Below, in pieces: positions 1-12,335 of a stretch of DNA of 64,000 nt (its first letter is position 1; each line of letters opens with the position of its first letter). The position numbers and the translations under genes were made by a program. Source of the stretch: Eledone cirrhosa (lineage: Eukaryota); assembly GCA_964016885.1 (NCBI GenBank), contig CAXHJY010000518.1, positions 101,211 through 165,210 of the forward strand, written 5' to 3'. A model generated the notes under the pieces. It was not told the origin of the DNA, searched no databases, and worked only from the letters and a program-made list of their open reading frames with translations.

Positions 1-13
1 GCAGAAATCGTAG

Positions 14-490
14 ACTAAAATTCTAACTAGGAGACCAAATGAATCTCCGCTACAGGGTAAATGTAACACAAAATCTGTCGTTTATGAGGCTAAGATAACG
101 CCAGTAATCAACAACCAGCCAGCCAGGAGTGAGCGATATGTCGGTATGACCCAGGACAGGTTTAAAACCAGATTTTACTCACATGTCGCTTCTTTTAAGC
201 ACTCCGATAAACGAACATCAACGGCCCTCGCAAGTAAGGTATGGGATCTCAAGGATAGTAACATCCCGTACTCTATTGATTGGTCTATATTAGACCATTC
301 GAGAGAGTACCAAAGGAGCACAAAGAATTGTTCTTTGTGTACCACAGAAAAGTATAGGATTTTGCTAAACTTGAGAGCCACTTCCGTTTGCCTTAACTCT
401 AAGACTGAGATCTTCAGATCCTGTCCTCATCTGAAATCGCATCTGATCTGTAACTGGATTGACACTCCTATGATAAATCAACCGCCTTGA
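14..490 (+). pseudogene. 3' end of a Penelope-like element ORF (GIY-YIG endonuclease), cut by the window start
   Basis: The frame upstream of ORF 146..490 reads PLQGKCNTKSVVYEAKI...RYVGMTQDRFKTRFYSH, followed by CSLCTTEK and LNSKTEIFRSCPH. These are the GIY-YIG (VVY..YVG..R..H) and Cys/His motifs of PLE endonucleases. Confidence 0.85.
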
Positions 491-673
491 ACTCCTTTCC
501 TGCTCTTTACTTCTGCTACGGTTTTTATTTTGCTGATTCTCCGTTCTGTACTCTTGTATATTTTTAAAAAAATGTTCTCCCTTACCTCCCCTTATATTTT
601 ACCTCCTCTTATGCCCCCCCCCCCCATATATTCTTTTTGTTTTGCACTACACATACCTATGTGTATGTATTCT

Positions 674-712
<39 letters not shown>

Positions 713-719
713 ATATATG

Positions 720-762
<43 letters not shown>

Positions 763-768
<6 letters not shown>

Positions 769-1492
769 TCAGGTTATCAATAATGTAGTGATAATATATC
801 GTTACGTTAGAGATGAACAGCGTACGTGCAGGTTTGCTCAACGAGTATAAATTATATTCCGGAGAAATGTAGAAAGGATGAATATAAAATGAAAGTGCTT
901 TTGTTAAAAAAGGAATTTATTAGGTATTGACATATGTTTCTGTAACAGACCGAATACCTATGTATCGCTGCTTGCGTAATCATATAATGTTAGCAAGTAT
1001 TCGATAGCAAATGTATAATCAGTTGTCACTTCTTCAGAGATTTTGGATAAACTGGATAAAATCAGAAAAATTGATTATGATTAATACTACTGCACCAAAT
1101 GACCAGCCCTGTCCACTGTCCAGTTGGTCAAGTAGAGATTAAAATCGGCACCCCCAAAATTCTTATTTAGATTTACTCATGGTATTCTCATTAAAAACCC
1201 ATTATATACTTGTTTAGCAGTAAATTATTTTACCATCTGTCATATTCTATCCCCTCTGTTCCTTCCTCTTTTACTAATATAAATACTTCAATTTTTCTGA
1301 TTTTATCCAGTTTATCCAAAATCTCTGAAGAAGTGACAACTGATTATACATTTGCTATCGAATACTTGCTAACATTATATGATTACGCAAGCAGCGATAC
1401 ATAGGTATTCGGTCTGTTACAGAAACATATGTCAATACCTAATAAATTCCTTTTTTAACAAAAGCACTTTCATTTTATATTCATCCTTTCTA
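763..1492. mobile_element. Small non-coding fold-back element with 205-bp inverted arms (870-1074 / 1288-1492), PLE pseudo-LTR-like
   Basis: The arms are reverse complements by eye and the element is flanked by (TA)n on both sides. The right arm has CTGAAGA (1325) ... GAAACATATGTC (1422-1433). Confidence 0.7.
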
Positions 1493-1589
1493 TATATATA
1501 TATATGTATATATGTATGTATGTGTATGTGTATATATATGTATATTTGTGTGTGTATATGTATGTATATGTGGATAAACCAGGTTTTTT

Positions 1590-1645
1590 TCATTCTGAAG
1601 ATTGAAGGAAACATTTTTTGCTTTTAAGAAACCACTGGTGAATGG
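1590..1645 (+). ncRNA. Type I hammerhead ribozyme motif, degenerate (GUG at the cleavage triplet)
   Basis: tcatt-CTGAAGA-ttgaagg...cttttaa-GAAA-ccactgGTG-aatgg. It is a paralog of the HHR at 2787-2842. Confidence 0.6.
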
Positions 1646-2014
1646 AATAATTGCCTTATGTTGCTTTATTACTTTACTACTATATATATACGTTTATGTA
1701 AGGTTTATTTGTCTTATCTAAGACTGAGTTTTACACATACACACATGTATATGTGTGTGTGTATGTGTATGCATATGTGTATATGTACGTATATGTGTAT
1801 ATATGTATATATATATGTATATATATATATGTATGTATATATGTGTGTGTATTTATATATATGTATGTATGTGTGTGTGTGTGTGTGTTTGTTTTTGGTT
1901 GTGCGTGTTTATGATATATACGTATTTGCATGTGTATAATTGTTTAGCTATGTATGTATATGTGTGTGTATGTATACGTATATGTGTGTGTGTGTGTGTG
2001 CGTTTATATTTTTG

Positions 2015-2045
<31 letters not shown>

Positions 2046-2495
2046 ATATAATTACATATACACGTGTGTGTGTATATATTGTATACGTGTGCGTGTTTGT
2101 GTATGTATGTGTATGTATGTGTTTATGTATTTGTATATGTATATTTATGTGTGAGAGTGTGTGTATGTGTTTACTATTTCGTACGTATGTATACGTGCTT
2201 TTGTGTGTATTACTTACCACGCGTGTCTGTCCTGTTAGCTGCTTCATGTAACGGTGTCAAAAATTTTTTAATATATATATATATATATTTTTTTTTTCTT
2301 ATATTTATTTGCGTGTGTGAATATGTAGAGGAGTGCATTCATGTATGTGTATGTATGTATGTTTTGTATGTTTGTGTGAATGTATGTATGTATATGTGTG
2401 TGTATATGGCTATGTTTGTGTATGTGTATGCTTGTACACACACATGTGCATGTGTATGTATGTGCATGTGTGTATATATATATATATATATATGC

Positions 2496-2546
<51 letters not shown>

Positions 2547-2786
2547 AATGTATGTATGTGTATATGTGTATATATGTATATGTGTATGTAAGTGTACGTT
2601 TTATATAAATGTGTATATGTATATATATATGTATATATGTATGTGTGTGTAAGTATGCTTTTGTGTTTTTTTGTGTGTGTGTTTTCACGTGTAGTTTTAT
2701 TTTATTTTTCCTTTCCAGCCTCACTTTCATATAGATTGCATTATTGTTTCTTAAAATCCAAATTCAATAAACAAACCAGGATTTTT

Positions 2787-2842
2787 TCATTCTGAGGATT
2801 GAAAGCAAAACCTTTTGCTTTTAAGAAACCATTGGTAAATGG
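2787..2842 (+). ncRNA. Type I hammerhead ribozyme
   Basis: Helix I tcatt/aatgg; CTGAGGA; helix II ttgaaagcaaaa/ttttgcttttaa; GAAA; near-palindromic helix III accattggt; GUA cleavage triplet. Confidence 0.8.
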
Positions 2843-2958
2843 AATAATTGCCTTATGCTGTTTATTACATAATAATAATAATTAAGCTCTGTTGCCTACA
2901 TAGAGCACTCTTTTTTCCTGGACTTTTCCGATGGAATTACTTCACATATATATATATT

Positions 2959-2989
<31 letters not shown>

Positions 2990-2993
2990 TGTA

Positions 2994-3024
<31 letters not shown>

Positions 3025-3242
3025 ATATATATGTATATATATATATATGTATATATATATATAGATGTATATATATATATATAGATGTATGTAAATATCT
3101 TTAAGTCGTTTCGAAGCCTCAACAAGGCAAATGGGTAAATCTCCGGGTGGTGGAGAGAGAGATGTATATATATATGTATGTGTATGTATCTATATTTATG
3201 TATATATATATTTATATATATATATGTATATATATATATATT

Positions 3243-3273
<31 letters not shown>

Positions 3274-3347
3274 TTATATATATGTATATATATATGTATA
3301 TATATATGTATATATATATGTATATATATATATTTATATATATATAT

Positions 3348-3496
3348 GGAAGGGCATCCAACTGTAGAAAACCCGCCAGACAGTCCTATGCGAGCAAGAC
3401 AACCACTCTTGCCTCAAGTGGGAAAACCCCCGTCCAAACCCATGCAAGCGTGGAACACGGACGCTAAACCTGATGATGATGATGATGATGATGATG
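3348..3496 (+). mobile_element. Isolated 3' tail of an RTE LINE or RTE-mobilised SINE, ending in (GAT)n
   Basis: Near-identical to 29355-29500 and similar to 55585-55721. It is embedded in (TA)n. Confidence 0.8.
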
Positions 3497-3533
<37 letters not shown>

Positions 3534-3534
3534 T

Positions 3535-3605
<71 letters not shown>

Positions 3606-3636
3606 GTATATATATATATATGTATATATATATATG

Positions 3637-3667
<31 letters not shown>

Positions 3668-3679
3668 GTATATGTATAT

Positions 3680-3738
<59 letters not shown>

Positions 3739-3740
<2 letters not shown>

Positions 3741-3882
3741 TTGTTATATTTGGGGAGGGTCATATTTGCGTAATATTGCCAGAATTAATAACAGAACACA
3801 CTCACTGTTTGGTTGGTTTTCGCTTCTCGCTGTCTTTTATATATATATATCTGCGATCTAACTTACTCAAAAAACCTCGCAA

Positions 3883-3887
<5 letters not shown>
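3739..3887. mobile_element. Miniature PLE insertion: inverted pLTR end plus 19 nt of the 3' tail
   Basis: 3739-3868 matches 45299-45429. The following aaaaaacctcgcaaaacta matches 50878-50896, which lies in the opposite element orientation. Confidence 0.75.
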
Positions 3888-3954
<67 letters not shown>

Positions 3955-3961
3955 GTGTATA

Positions 3962-4007
<46 letters not shown>

Positions 4008-4039
4008 AATGTATATATATGTATATATATATGTGTATA

Positions 4040-4085
<46 letters not shown>

Positions 4086-4142
4086 AATGTATATATATGT
4101 GTATATGTATATATATGTATATATATATATATAAATGTATAT

Positions 4143-4176
<34 letters not shown>

Positions 4177-4220
4177 ATGTATATGTATATATGTATATGT
4201 ATATATATATATGTATATGT

Positions 4221-4266
<46 letters not shown>

Positions 4267-4540
4267 ATATATATATATGTATATGTATATGTGTATGTAT
4301 ATATATATATATGTATATGTATATGTGTATATATATGTATATATATATATGTATATGTGTATATATATGTATATATATATATATATGTATATGTGTATCT
4401 ATATATGTATATATATATATGTATATATATATATGTATATGTATATGTGTATATATATATGTATATATATATATGTGTATATATATATATATATATATGT
4501 ATATGTATATATGTATATTTATATATATATGTATATGTAT

Positions 4541-4572
<32 letters not shown>

Positions 4573-4661
4573 CTGTATATGTGTATATATATATATATAT
4601 GTGTATATGTATATATGTATATATGTATATATGTATATGTGTATATGTATATGTATATATG

Positions 4662-4694
<33 letters not shown>

Positions 4695-4695
4695 G

Positions 4696-4744
<49 letters not shown>

Positions 4745-5037
4745 GTATATGTATATATATATGTATATATATATATATATGTATATATGTATATATATAT
4801 GTATATATGTATATATGTATATATATACATATATATATATATATATGTATATGTATATATATATGTATATATGTATATATATATGTATATATATATATGT
4901 ATATATATATGTATATGTATATATATATATGTATATGTATATGTATATATATATGTATATGTATATATATATATGTATATATATATGTATATATATATAT
5001 ATATGTATATGTATATATATATATGTATATATATATG

Positions 5038-5072
<35 letters not shown>

Positions 5073-5263
5073 GTATATATATATGTATATATATATGTAT
5101 ATATATATATGTATATATATATGTATATGTATATATATATATGTATATATATATGTATATATATATATGTATATATATATGTATATATATATATATGTAT
5201 ATATATATGTATATATATATATGTATATATATATGTATATATATATATATGTATATATATATG

Positions 5264-5294
<31 letters not shown>

Positions 5295-5307
5295 GTATAT
5301 ATATATG

Positions 5308-5338
<31 letters not shown>

Positions 5339-5399
5339 GTATATATATGTATATATGTATATATTTATATGTATATATATATGTGTATATATATATGTG

Positions 5400-5448
<49 letters not shown>

Positions 5449-5520
5449 GTATATATATATATGTATATATATATATATGTATATATGTATATATATATAT
5501 ATGTATGTATATATATATGT
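3888..5520. repeat. (TA)n microsatellite interrupted by G (TATATG-type)
   Basis: Direct inspection. Confidence 0.97.
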
Positions 5521-5648
5521 ATCATCATCATCATCATCATCATCAATTTCTGCCGGACCGGCAACCGCTCTTTCAAACCAGTTCCTGTACACAGCTAAGT
5601 ATTCTATAAGTCTCTAGCTGTGTCATTCTCGATAAAAGCACTGGATAT

Positions 5649-5691
5649 GTAGTCCTGATGATTTCTAACTAGAATGAAACGCGTAGATTAC
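5649..5691 (+). ncRNA. Minimal type I hammerhead ribozyme
   Basis: gtagtc-CTGATGA-t-ttcta-ac-tagaa-t-GAAA-cgcGTA-gattac, with palindromic helix III ACGCGT. It is enclosed by a 16-bp stem attctcgataaaagca (5625-5640) / tgcttttatcgagaat (5698-5713). Confidence 0.92.
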
Positions 5692-5958
5692 TTCCCTTGC
5701 TTTTATCGAGAATCTAATTGTAATACGTGACGTATTCTATTCTATAGCGATTAGGTCTTCAAAATGTTTATTATAAACATACAGAATATTTTCGAATATT
5801 CTATGTCTATATTCACATATATATCGCTATTTCAGAGCATTTATTCCAATTTCTAATTTCTGCCGGACCGGCAACCGCTCTTTCAAACCAGTTCCTGTAC
5901 ACAGCTAAGTATTCTATAAGTCTCTAGCTGTGTCATTCTCGATAAAAGCACTGGATAT

Positions 5959-6001
5959 GTAGTCCTGATGATTTCTAACTAGAATGAAACGCGTAGATTA
6001 C
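5959..6001 (+). ncRNA. Minimal type I hammerhead ribozyme (second copy)
   Basis: Identical to 5649-5691, 310 nt downstream. Confidence 0.92.
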
Positions 6002-6475
6002 TTCCCTTGCTTTTATCGAGAATCTAATTGTAATACGTGACGTATTCTATTCTATAGCGATTAGGTCTTCAAAATGTTTATTATAAACATACAGAATATT
6101 TTCGAATATTCTATGTCTATATTCACATATATATATATGTATATATATATGTGTGTATATATATATATATGTACATATATATATATATATGTATATATAT
6201 ATATGTATGTATATATAATATATGTACATATATATATATATATGTATATATATATATGTATGTATATATATATATATGTACATATAATATATATATCTGT
6301 ATGTATATGTATATATATGTATATATATATGTATATATATGTATATATATGTATATATATGTATATGTATATATATATATGTATATATATGTATATATAT
6401 GTATATATATATATATGTATATATATATGTATATATATGTATATATATGTATGTATATATATATGTATATATATA

Positions 6476-8012
6476 TCAATCTGAAAATATTGAAGAGATA
6501 AGACACTTTCCCATTCTTCTCTGCTAAAATGTATCACTAGAGCTGATTCCAATTTTTCCCAGCCAGCCATCCATCTAATCTACGAAGGTATTTTAGCCTA
6601 CATATTGTCGTTAATATTATGATGTTCCCTGCTGTATTAGCGTTAAATTTTCCCTGCTGTATTAGCGATAAATTTTCGAGGGTTTCTCTTAGTAGCTTTT
6701 TTCATGACGTTATTATTGTTAATTTTACTGATGTAGTATTAACTTATTAACTTGGATATTTACCATGCGGTATTCTAATACTATTGTATCTCTCTCAGTT
6801 ATTTACCATGCGACCCTCAGTTCCTACCCCCCCCCCCTCTCTATGCACTTCTTTAAGGCTTACTACCCTGTCTTTAACCTAATTCATTCAATCTGAAAAT
6901 ATTGAGGAGATAAGACACTTTCCCATTCTTCTCTGCTAAAATGTATCACTAGAGCTGATTCCAATTTTCCCAGCCAGCCATCCATCTAATCTACGAAGGT
7001 ATTTTAGCCTACATATTGTCGTTAATATTATGATGTTCCCTGCTGTATTAGCGTTAAATTTTCCCTGCTGTATTAGCGATAAATTTTCGAGGGTTTCTCT
7101 TAGTAGCTTTTTTCATGACGTTATTATTGTTAATTTTACTGATGTAGTATTAACTTATTAACTTGGATATTTACCATGCGGTATTCTAATCCTATTGTAT
7201 CTCTCTCAGTTATTTACCATGCGACCCTCAGTGCCTACCCCCCCCCCCCTCTATGCACTTCTTTAAGGCTTACTACCCTGTCTTTAACCTAATTCATTCA
7301 ATCTGAAAATATTGAAGAGATAAGACACTTTCCCATTCTTCTCTGCTAAAATGTATCACTAGAGCTGATTCCAATTTTCCCAGCCAGCCATCCATCTAAT
7401 CTACGAAGGTATTTTAGCCTACATATTGTCGTTAATATTATGATGTTCCCTGCTGTATTAGCGTTAAATTTTCCCTGCTGTATTAGCGATAAATTTTCGA
7501 GGGTTTCTCTTAGTAGCTTTTTTCATGACGTTATTATTGTTAATTTTACTGATGTAGTATTAACTTATTAACTTGGATATTTACCATGCGGTATTCTAAT
7601 CCTATTGTATCTCTCTCAGATATTTACCATGCGACCCTCAGTTCCTACCCCCCCCCCCCCCTCTCTATGCACTTCTTTAAGGCTTACTACCCTGTCTTTA
7701 ACCTAATTCATTCAATCTGAAAATATTGAAGAGATAAGACACTTTCCCATTCTTCTCTGCTAAAATGTATCACTAGAGCTGATTCCAATTTTCCCAGCCA
7801 GCCATCCATCTAATCTACGAAGGTATTTTAGCCTACATATTGTCGTTAATATTATGATGTTCCCTGCTGTATTAGCGTTAAATTTTCCCTGCTGTATTAG
7901 CGATAAATTTTCGAGGGTTTCTCTTAGTAGCTTTTTTCAGGACGTTATTATTGTTAATTTTACTGATGTAGTATTAACTTGGATATTTACCATGCGACCC
8001 TCAGTTCCTACC
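6476..8012 (+). repeat. ~412-bp tandem repeat, about 3.7 copies
   Basis: The unit start ctgaaaatattga recurs at 6481, 6893, 7303 and 7717. Copies are near-identical except for poly-C length. Confidence 0.93.
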
Positions 8013-8280
8013 TCACAATTTCCCTCCCCCCCACCCCCACACACCACCATAGTCTATTCGACCAATCAAACCTAGCATGCCATTTCCACTGCTGCTGCTG
8101 CTACTACCTGCCTAACTAACTCTCTCCTCCTCTGGCGCATCCCAACACACCCTGCCATTACCCCACCACCACTGTCCTTCTAGCCCTCAATTTTCCCACC
8201 GTTATGGATGGATGAGCTGGGAATACACGAGCAACTCTGAATCAATAGATGAAATATGAATCTGCGAGCTACCAAGCACC

Positions 8281-11169
8281 GACGGCTTCAATAGAGTACA
8301 TGGAGGCCATGGAGTTGGCACAAGGAATGAGGAAGGATTCAGACTTCTAGAATTCTGCGACGCCAATGACATGTCGATATGTAACACAAACTTTAAAAAA
8401 CCCGACAACCACCTGATCACCTATAGATCAGGGGAGCACTCTAGTCAGTTAGATTTTATCCTCATCAGAGGACGTGACAGATGGACGGTTGTAAACACAA
8501 AAGCCTTCCCTAGTGAGGAATGTACATCCCAACATAGCTTAGTTGTCAGCGACCTCACGGTCAGAACTAGACGAGCCCTGAAACAGAGGCCAACCTGGAG
8601 AAGAAAGATCTGGAAGCTGAAAGTCCCCTCAACCAGTAACAGATTTAAAGATATTTTACTCAACGCCTACGACAGTAAAGAAGAACAGATAGAGACATTT
8701 AACGTAGAAGAGAACTGGGAGTTCCTAAAAAATAACTTACTAGAGGCGACGGATGAGGTTTGTGGCTGGAGTAAGACCTCAAGCAGGAGGAGAGTGACTT
8801 GGTGGTGGAACAATAAGGTAGATGAAGCAGTCAAGGCCAAGAGGCAGGCATGGAAAGAATGGAAGAACGGGGGGAGCAGGGTACATTACATAGAGACCAA
8901 GAGGGAAGCTAGGCGACAAGTATACTTAGCTAGGAGGGAAGCAGAGGATAGAAAATTCAAGCATGTTTTACAACGTGAGGACCAGAAACAGGAGGTATTC
9001 AAGATTACGAGGCAGTGTGTCAGAGATAGTTGTGATGTCATTGGAGAGAAGTGTATCCGGAATGATAAAGGTGAGCTTGCCCTCACAAGTGCTGAGAAGA
9101 AAGATGCATGGAAGAGTCATTATGATAGATTACTAAATGAGGAGAATGCATGGGAAGAAGAGACCCTACCCCACGTAGACCCTATAGAGGGACCAGCAGT
9201 ACAAGTCAGCGGCAGCGTAGTAAGTAAGGCAATCAGAGATATGAAGATAGGGAAGGCAACCGGTCCATCGGGTATAGCTGCCGAGATGCTGAAGGCATCT
9301 GGGTCTGTAGGTCACACTATAACCACACGTATCGTTAACCAGGTAATACTAGAGGGGGCCATACCAAAAGATTGGTGCAGTAGCATCATTGTCAACTGCT
9401 ACAAAGGTAAAGGCGATGCACTAGATAGAGGAAACTATAGAGGTATAAAGTTGATGGACCAGGTCATGAAAGTAACAGAAAGAGTTATAGCACAGCTGAT
9501 TAGGGACCGGGTGAATATAGACGAGATGCAATTTGGGTTTGTACCAGGGAAAGGCACCACTGATGCCCTCTTCCTTGTGAGGCAATTACAGGAAAAGTAC
9601 CTAGCTAAAAGTAAGCCACTCTACTTGGCATTTGTCGACCTTGAGAAAGCCTTTGACAGAGTTCCACGTGCAGTAATCTGGTGGGCTCTTAGAAAACTAG
9701 GAGTAGATGAATGGCTTGTGAAAGCGGTACAAGCCATGTATAGGGGAGCAGTCAGCAAAGTTAGGATTGGCAATGAGTATAGCGAGGAATTTAGCGTACA
9801 GGTTGGGGTCCACCAGGGCTCTGTTCTTAGCCCTCTCCTGTTCATCATAGTCCTGCAGGCAATAACGGAGGAGTTTAAGACCGGATGCCCATGGGAACTC
9901 CTGTATGCTGATGACCTCGCACTCATAGCTGAATCTATGGTAGAACTAGAGAATAAATTCCAAACCTGGAAGCAGGGACTAGAGAGAAAGGGCCTCAAAG
10001 TCAACATGACAAAGACTAAGGTCCTTATAAGTAGACGAGAAAACAGAACCCAGATCCCCTCAGGGAAATGGCCTTGCTCAGTATGTAGGAAAGGTGTAGG
10101 TAGGAACTCCATTCTTTGCCCCAAATGCAAACAATGGGTACACAAGAGATGTAGCGGGATCTCAGGAAGCTTAATTAAGAATGTAGGATTCACATGCAGC
10201 AGCTGTGCTGAAACAGCAAGCAAACAGCCACAGGAAACAAGTACCACCAATCTCTGGGAGGGCCCTGTAGAAACAGTAGACAGCTTCTGCTACCTAGGTG
10301 ACCGAATTAGCAACGGAGGTGGGTGCTCAGAAAGTACAATAACTAGGGTAAGAACGGGATGGAAGAAGTTTAGGGAACTACTACCACTGCTAGCTGCAAA
10401 AGGCTTCTCCCTCAGAATGAAAGGCAGACTGTATGATGCGTGTATCCGAACAGCGATGTTGCATGGTAGTGAGACCTGGGCGCTGAAGGTGGAAGACTTA
10501 CGTAGATTAGAGAGAAACGAAGCCTGCATGCTCCGATGGATGTGTAACAGTAATATACGTGAACGACAAAGCATAAAGGAATTGAGAGAGAGACTGAGCA
10601 TAAGAGGAATCAAATGCTGCGTGCAGGAGAGGCGGTTACGCTGGTATGGACATGTGATGCGTATGAAGGATGACAGCTGCATAAAAAGGTGCAGAGCACT
10701 AGAAGTTGATGGAAACCGCGGAGTGGGGAGACCCAAGATGACTTGGGATGAGGTGATAAAAGCCGACCTTACCCAACTACACCTCTCAAAGTCAATGACA
10801 CACGACCGTGACTTCTGGCGTCACGCAGTAATACAGGGTACCCGACCTCCCATGGGTACATGCTGAAGCATATAAACAATATGCCCCCCCCCCCCACCGC
10901 AAGGTGGCCGTGGAGGTGCCACGGCAAAAAAGCACCCAGCCCACACTGTAAAGTGGACGTGTAGGCGCCACGAAAAAGCACCCAGCACTCACTGTAAATG
11001 AGGTTGGTGTTAGGAAGGGCATCCAGCTGTAGAAATCAAGCCAGATCAGTTCCTGTATGAGCAAGGCATGGTCAGCCGACCAGACACTGCCCACAACAGG
11101 ACAACCCGTCTAACCCATGCTAGCGTGGAAGAACGGACGTAAAACGGTGATGATGATGATGATGATGAT
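8281..11169 (+). mobile_element. RTE-clade LINE lacking most of the endonuclease, with 3' UTR and (GAT)n tail
   Basis: The open frame from ~8281 (DGFNRVHGGHGVGTRNEEG) runs through ORF 8371..10866. The 3' end is cccatgctagcgtggaagaacggacgtaaaacgg(tga)n, followed by (TA)n. Confidence 0.92.
8371..10866 (+). CDS. RTE LINE polyprotein: C-terminal part of the APE endonuclease, reverse transcriptase and inserted PHD-type finger
   Basis: Motifs [72 protein letters not shown] and GRPKMTW. The frame is uninterrupted for 831 aa. Confidence 0.9.
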   Translation: MSICNTNFKKPDNHLITYRSGEHSSQLDFILIRGRDRWTVVNTKAFPSEECTSQHSLVVSDLTVRTRRALKQRPTWRRKIWKLKVPSTSNRFKDILLNAYDSKEEQIETFNVEENWEFLKNNLLEATDEVCGWSKTSSRRRVTWWWNNKVDEAVKAKRQAWKEWKNGGSRVHYIETKREARRQVYLARREAEDRKFKHVLQREDQKQEVFKITRQCVRDSCDVIGEKCIRNDKGELALTSAEKKDAWKSHYDRLLNEENAWEEETLPHVDPIEGPAVQVSGSVVSKAIRDMKIGKATGPSGIAAEMLKASGSVGHTITTRIVNQVILEGAIPKDWCSSIIVNCYKGKGDALDRGNYRGIKLMDQVMKVTERVIAQLIRDRVNIDEMQFGFVPGKGTTDALFLVRQLQEKYLAKSKPLYLAFVDLEKAFDRVPRAVIWWALRKLGVDEWLVKAVQAMYRGAVSKVRIGNEYSEEFSVQVGVHQGSVLSPLLFIIVLQAITEEFKTGCPWELLYADDLALIAESMVELENKFQTWKQGLERKGLKVNMTKTKVLISRRENRTQIPSGKWPCSVCRKGVGRNSILCPKCKQWVHKRCSGISGSLIKNVGFTCSSCAETASKQPQETSTTNLWEGPVETVDSFCYLGDRISNGGGCSESTITRVRTGWKKFRELLPLLAAKGFSLRMKGRLYDACIRTAMLHGSETWALKVEDLRRLERNEACMLRWMCNSNIRERQSIKELRERLSIRGIKCCVQERRLRWYGHVMRMKDDSCIKRCRALEVDGNRGVGRPKMTWDEVIKADLTQLHLSKSMTHDRDFWRHAVIQGTRPPMGTC

Positions 11170-12332
<1,163 letters not shown>

Positions 12333-12335
<3 letters not shown>

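Larger units (their letters stand above)
5545..6134 (+). mobile_element. Tandem 310-bp non-coding unit with one HHR per copy (retrozyme-like or tandem pLTR)
   Basis: 5545-5824 is repeated at 5855-6134 with no visible differences. There is no ORF, and microsatellites flank the pair. Confidence 0.85.

Noticed and set aside
1325-1433. Functional HHR in the 205-bp fold-back
   Set aside because: Core, helix II and palindromic helix III are visible, but helix I does not pair (aaaatct vs aatacct). Kept only as a degenerate motif.
3473-5617. Long I/Y/M/C/V-rich ORFs here and at 11110-12814, 15444-16220, 23087-24362, 25043-26089, 32461-33838 and 40808-41771
   Set aside because: They are translations of (TA)n/(TG)n microsatellites, which lack stop codons; not proteins.
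9621-10736. Antisense ORFs over RTE copies (also 39694-40644 and 54335-55060)
   Set aside because: Shadow frames of the RT coding strand with no independent motifs.
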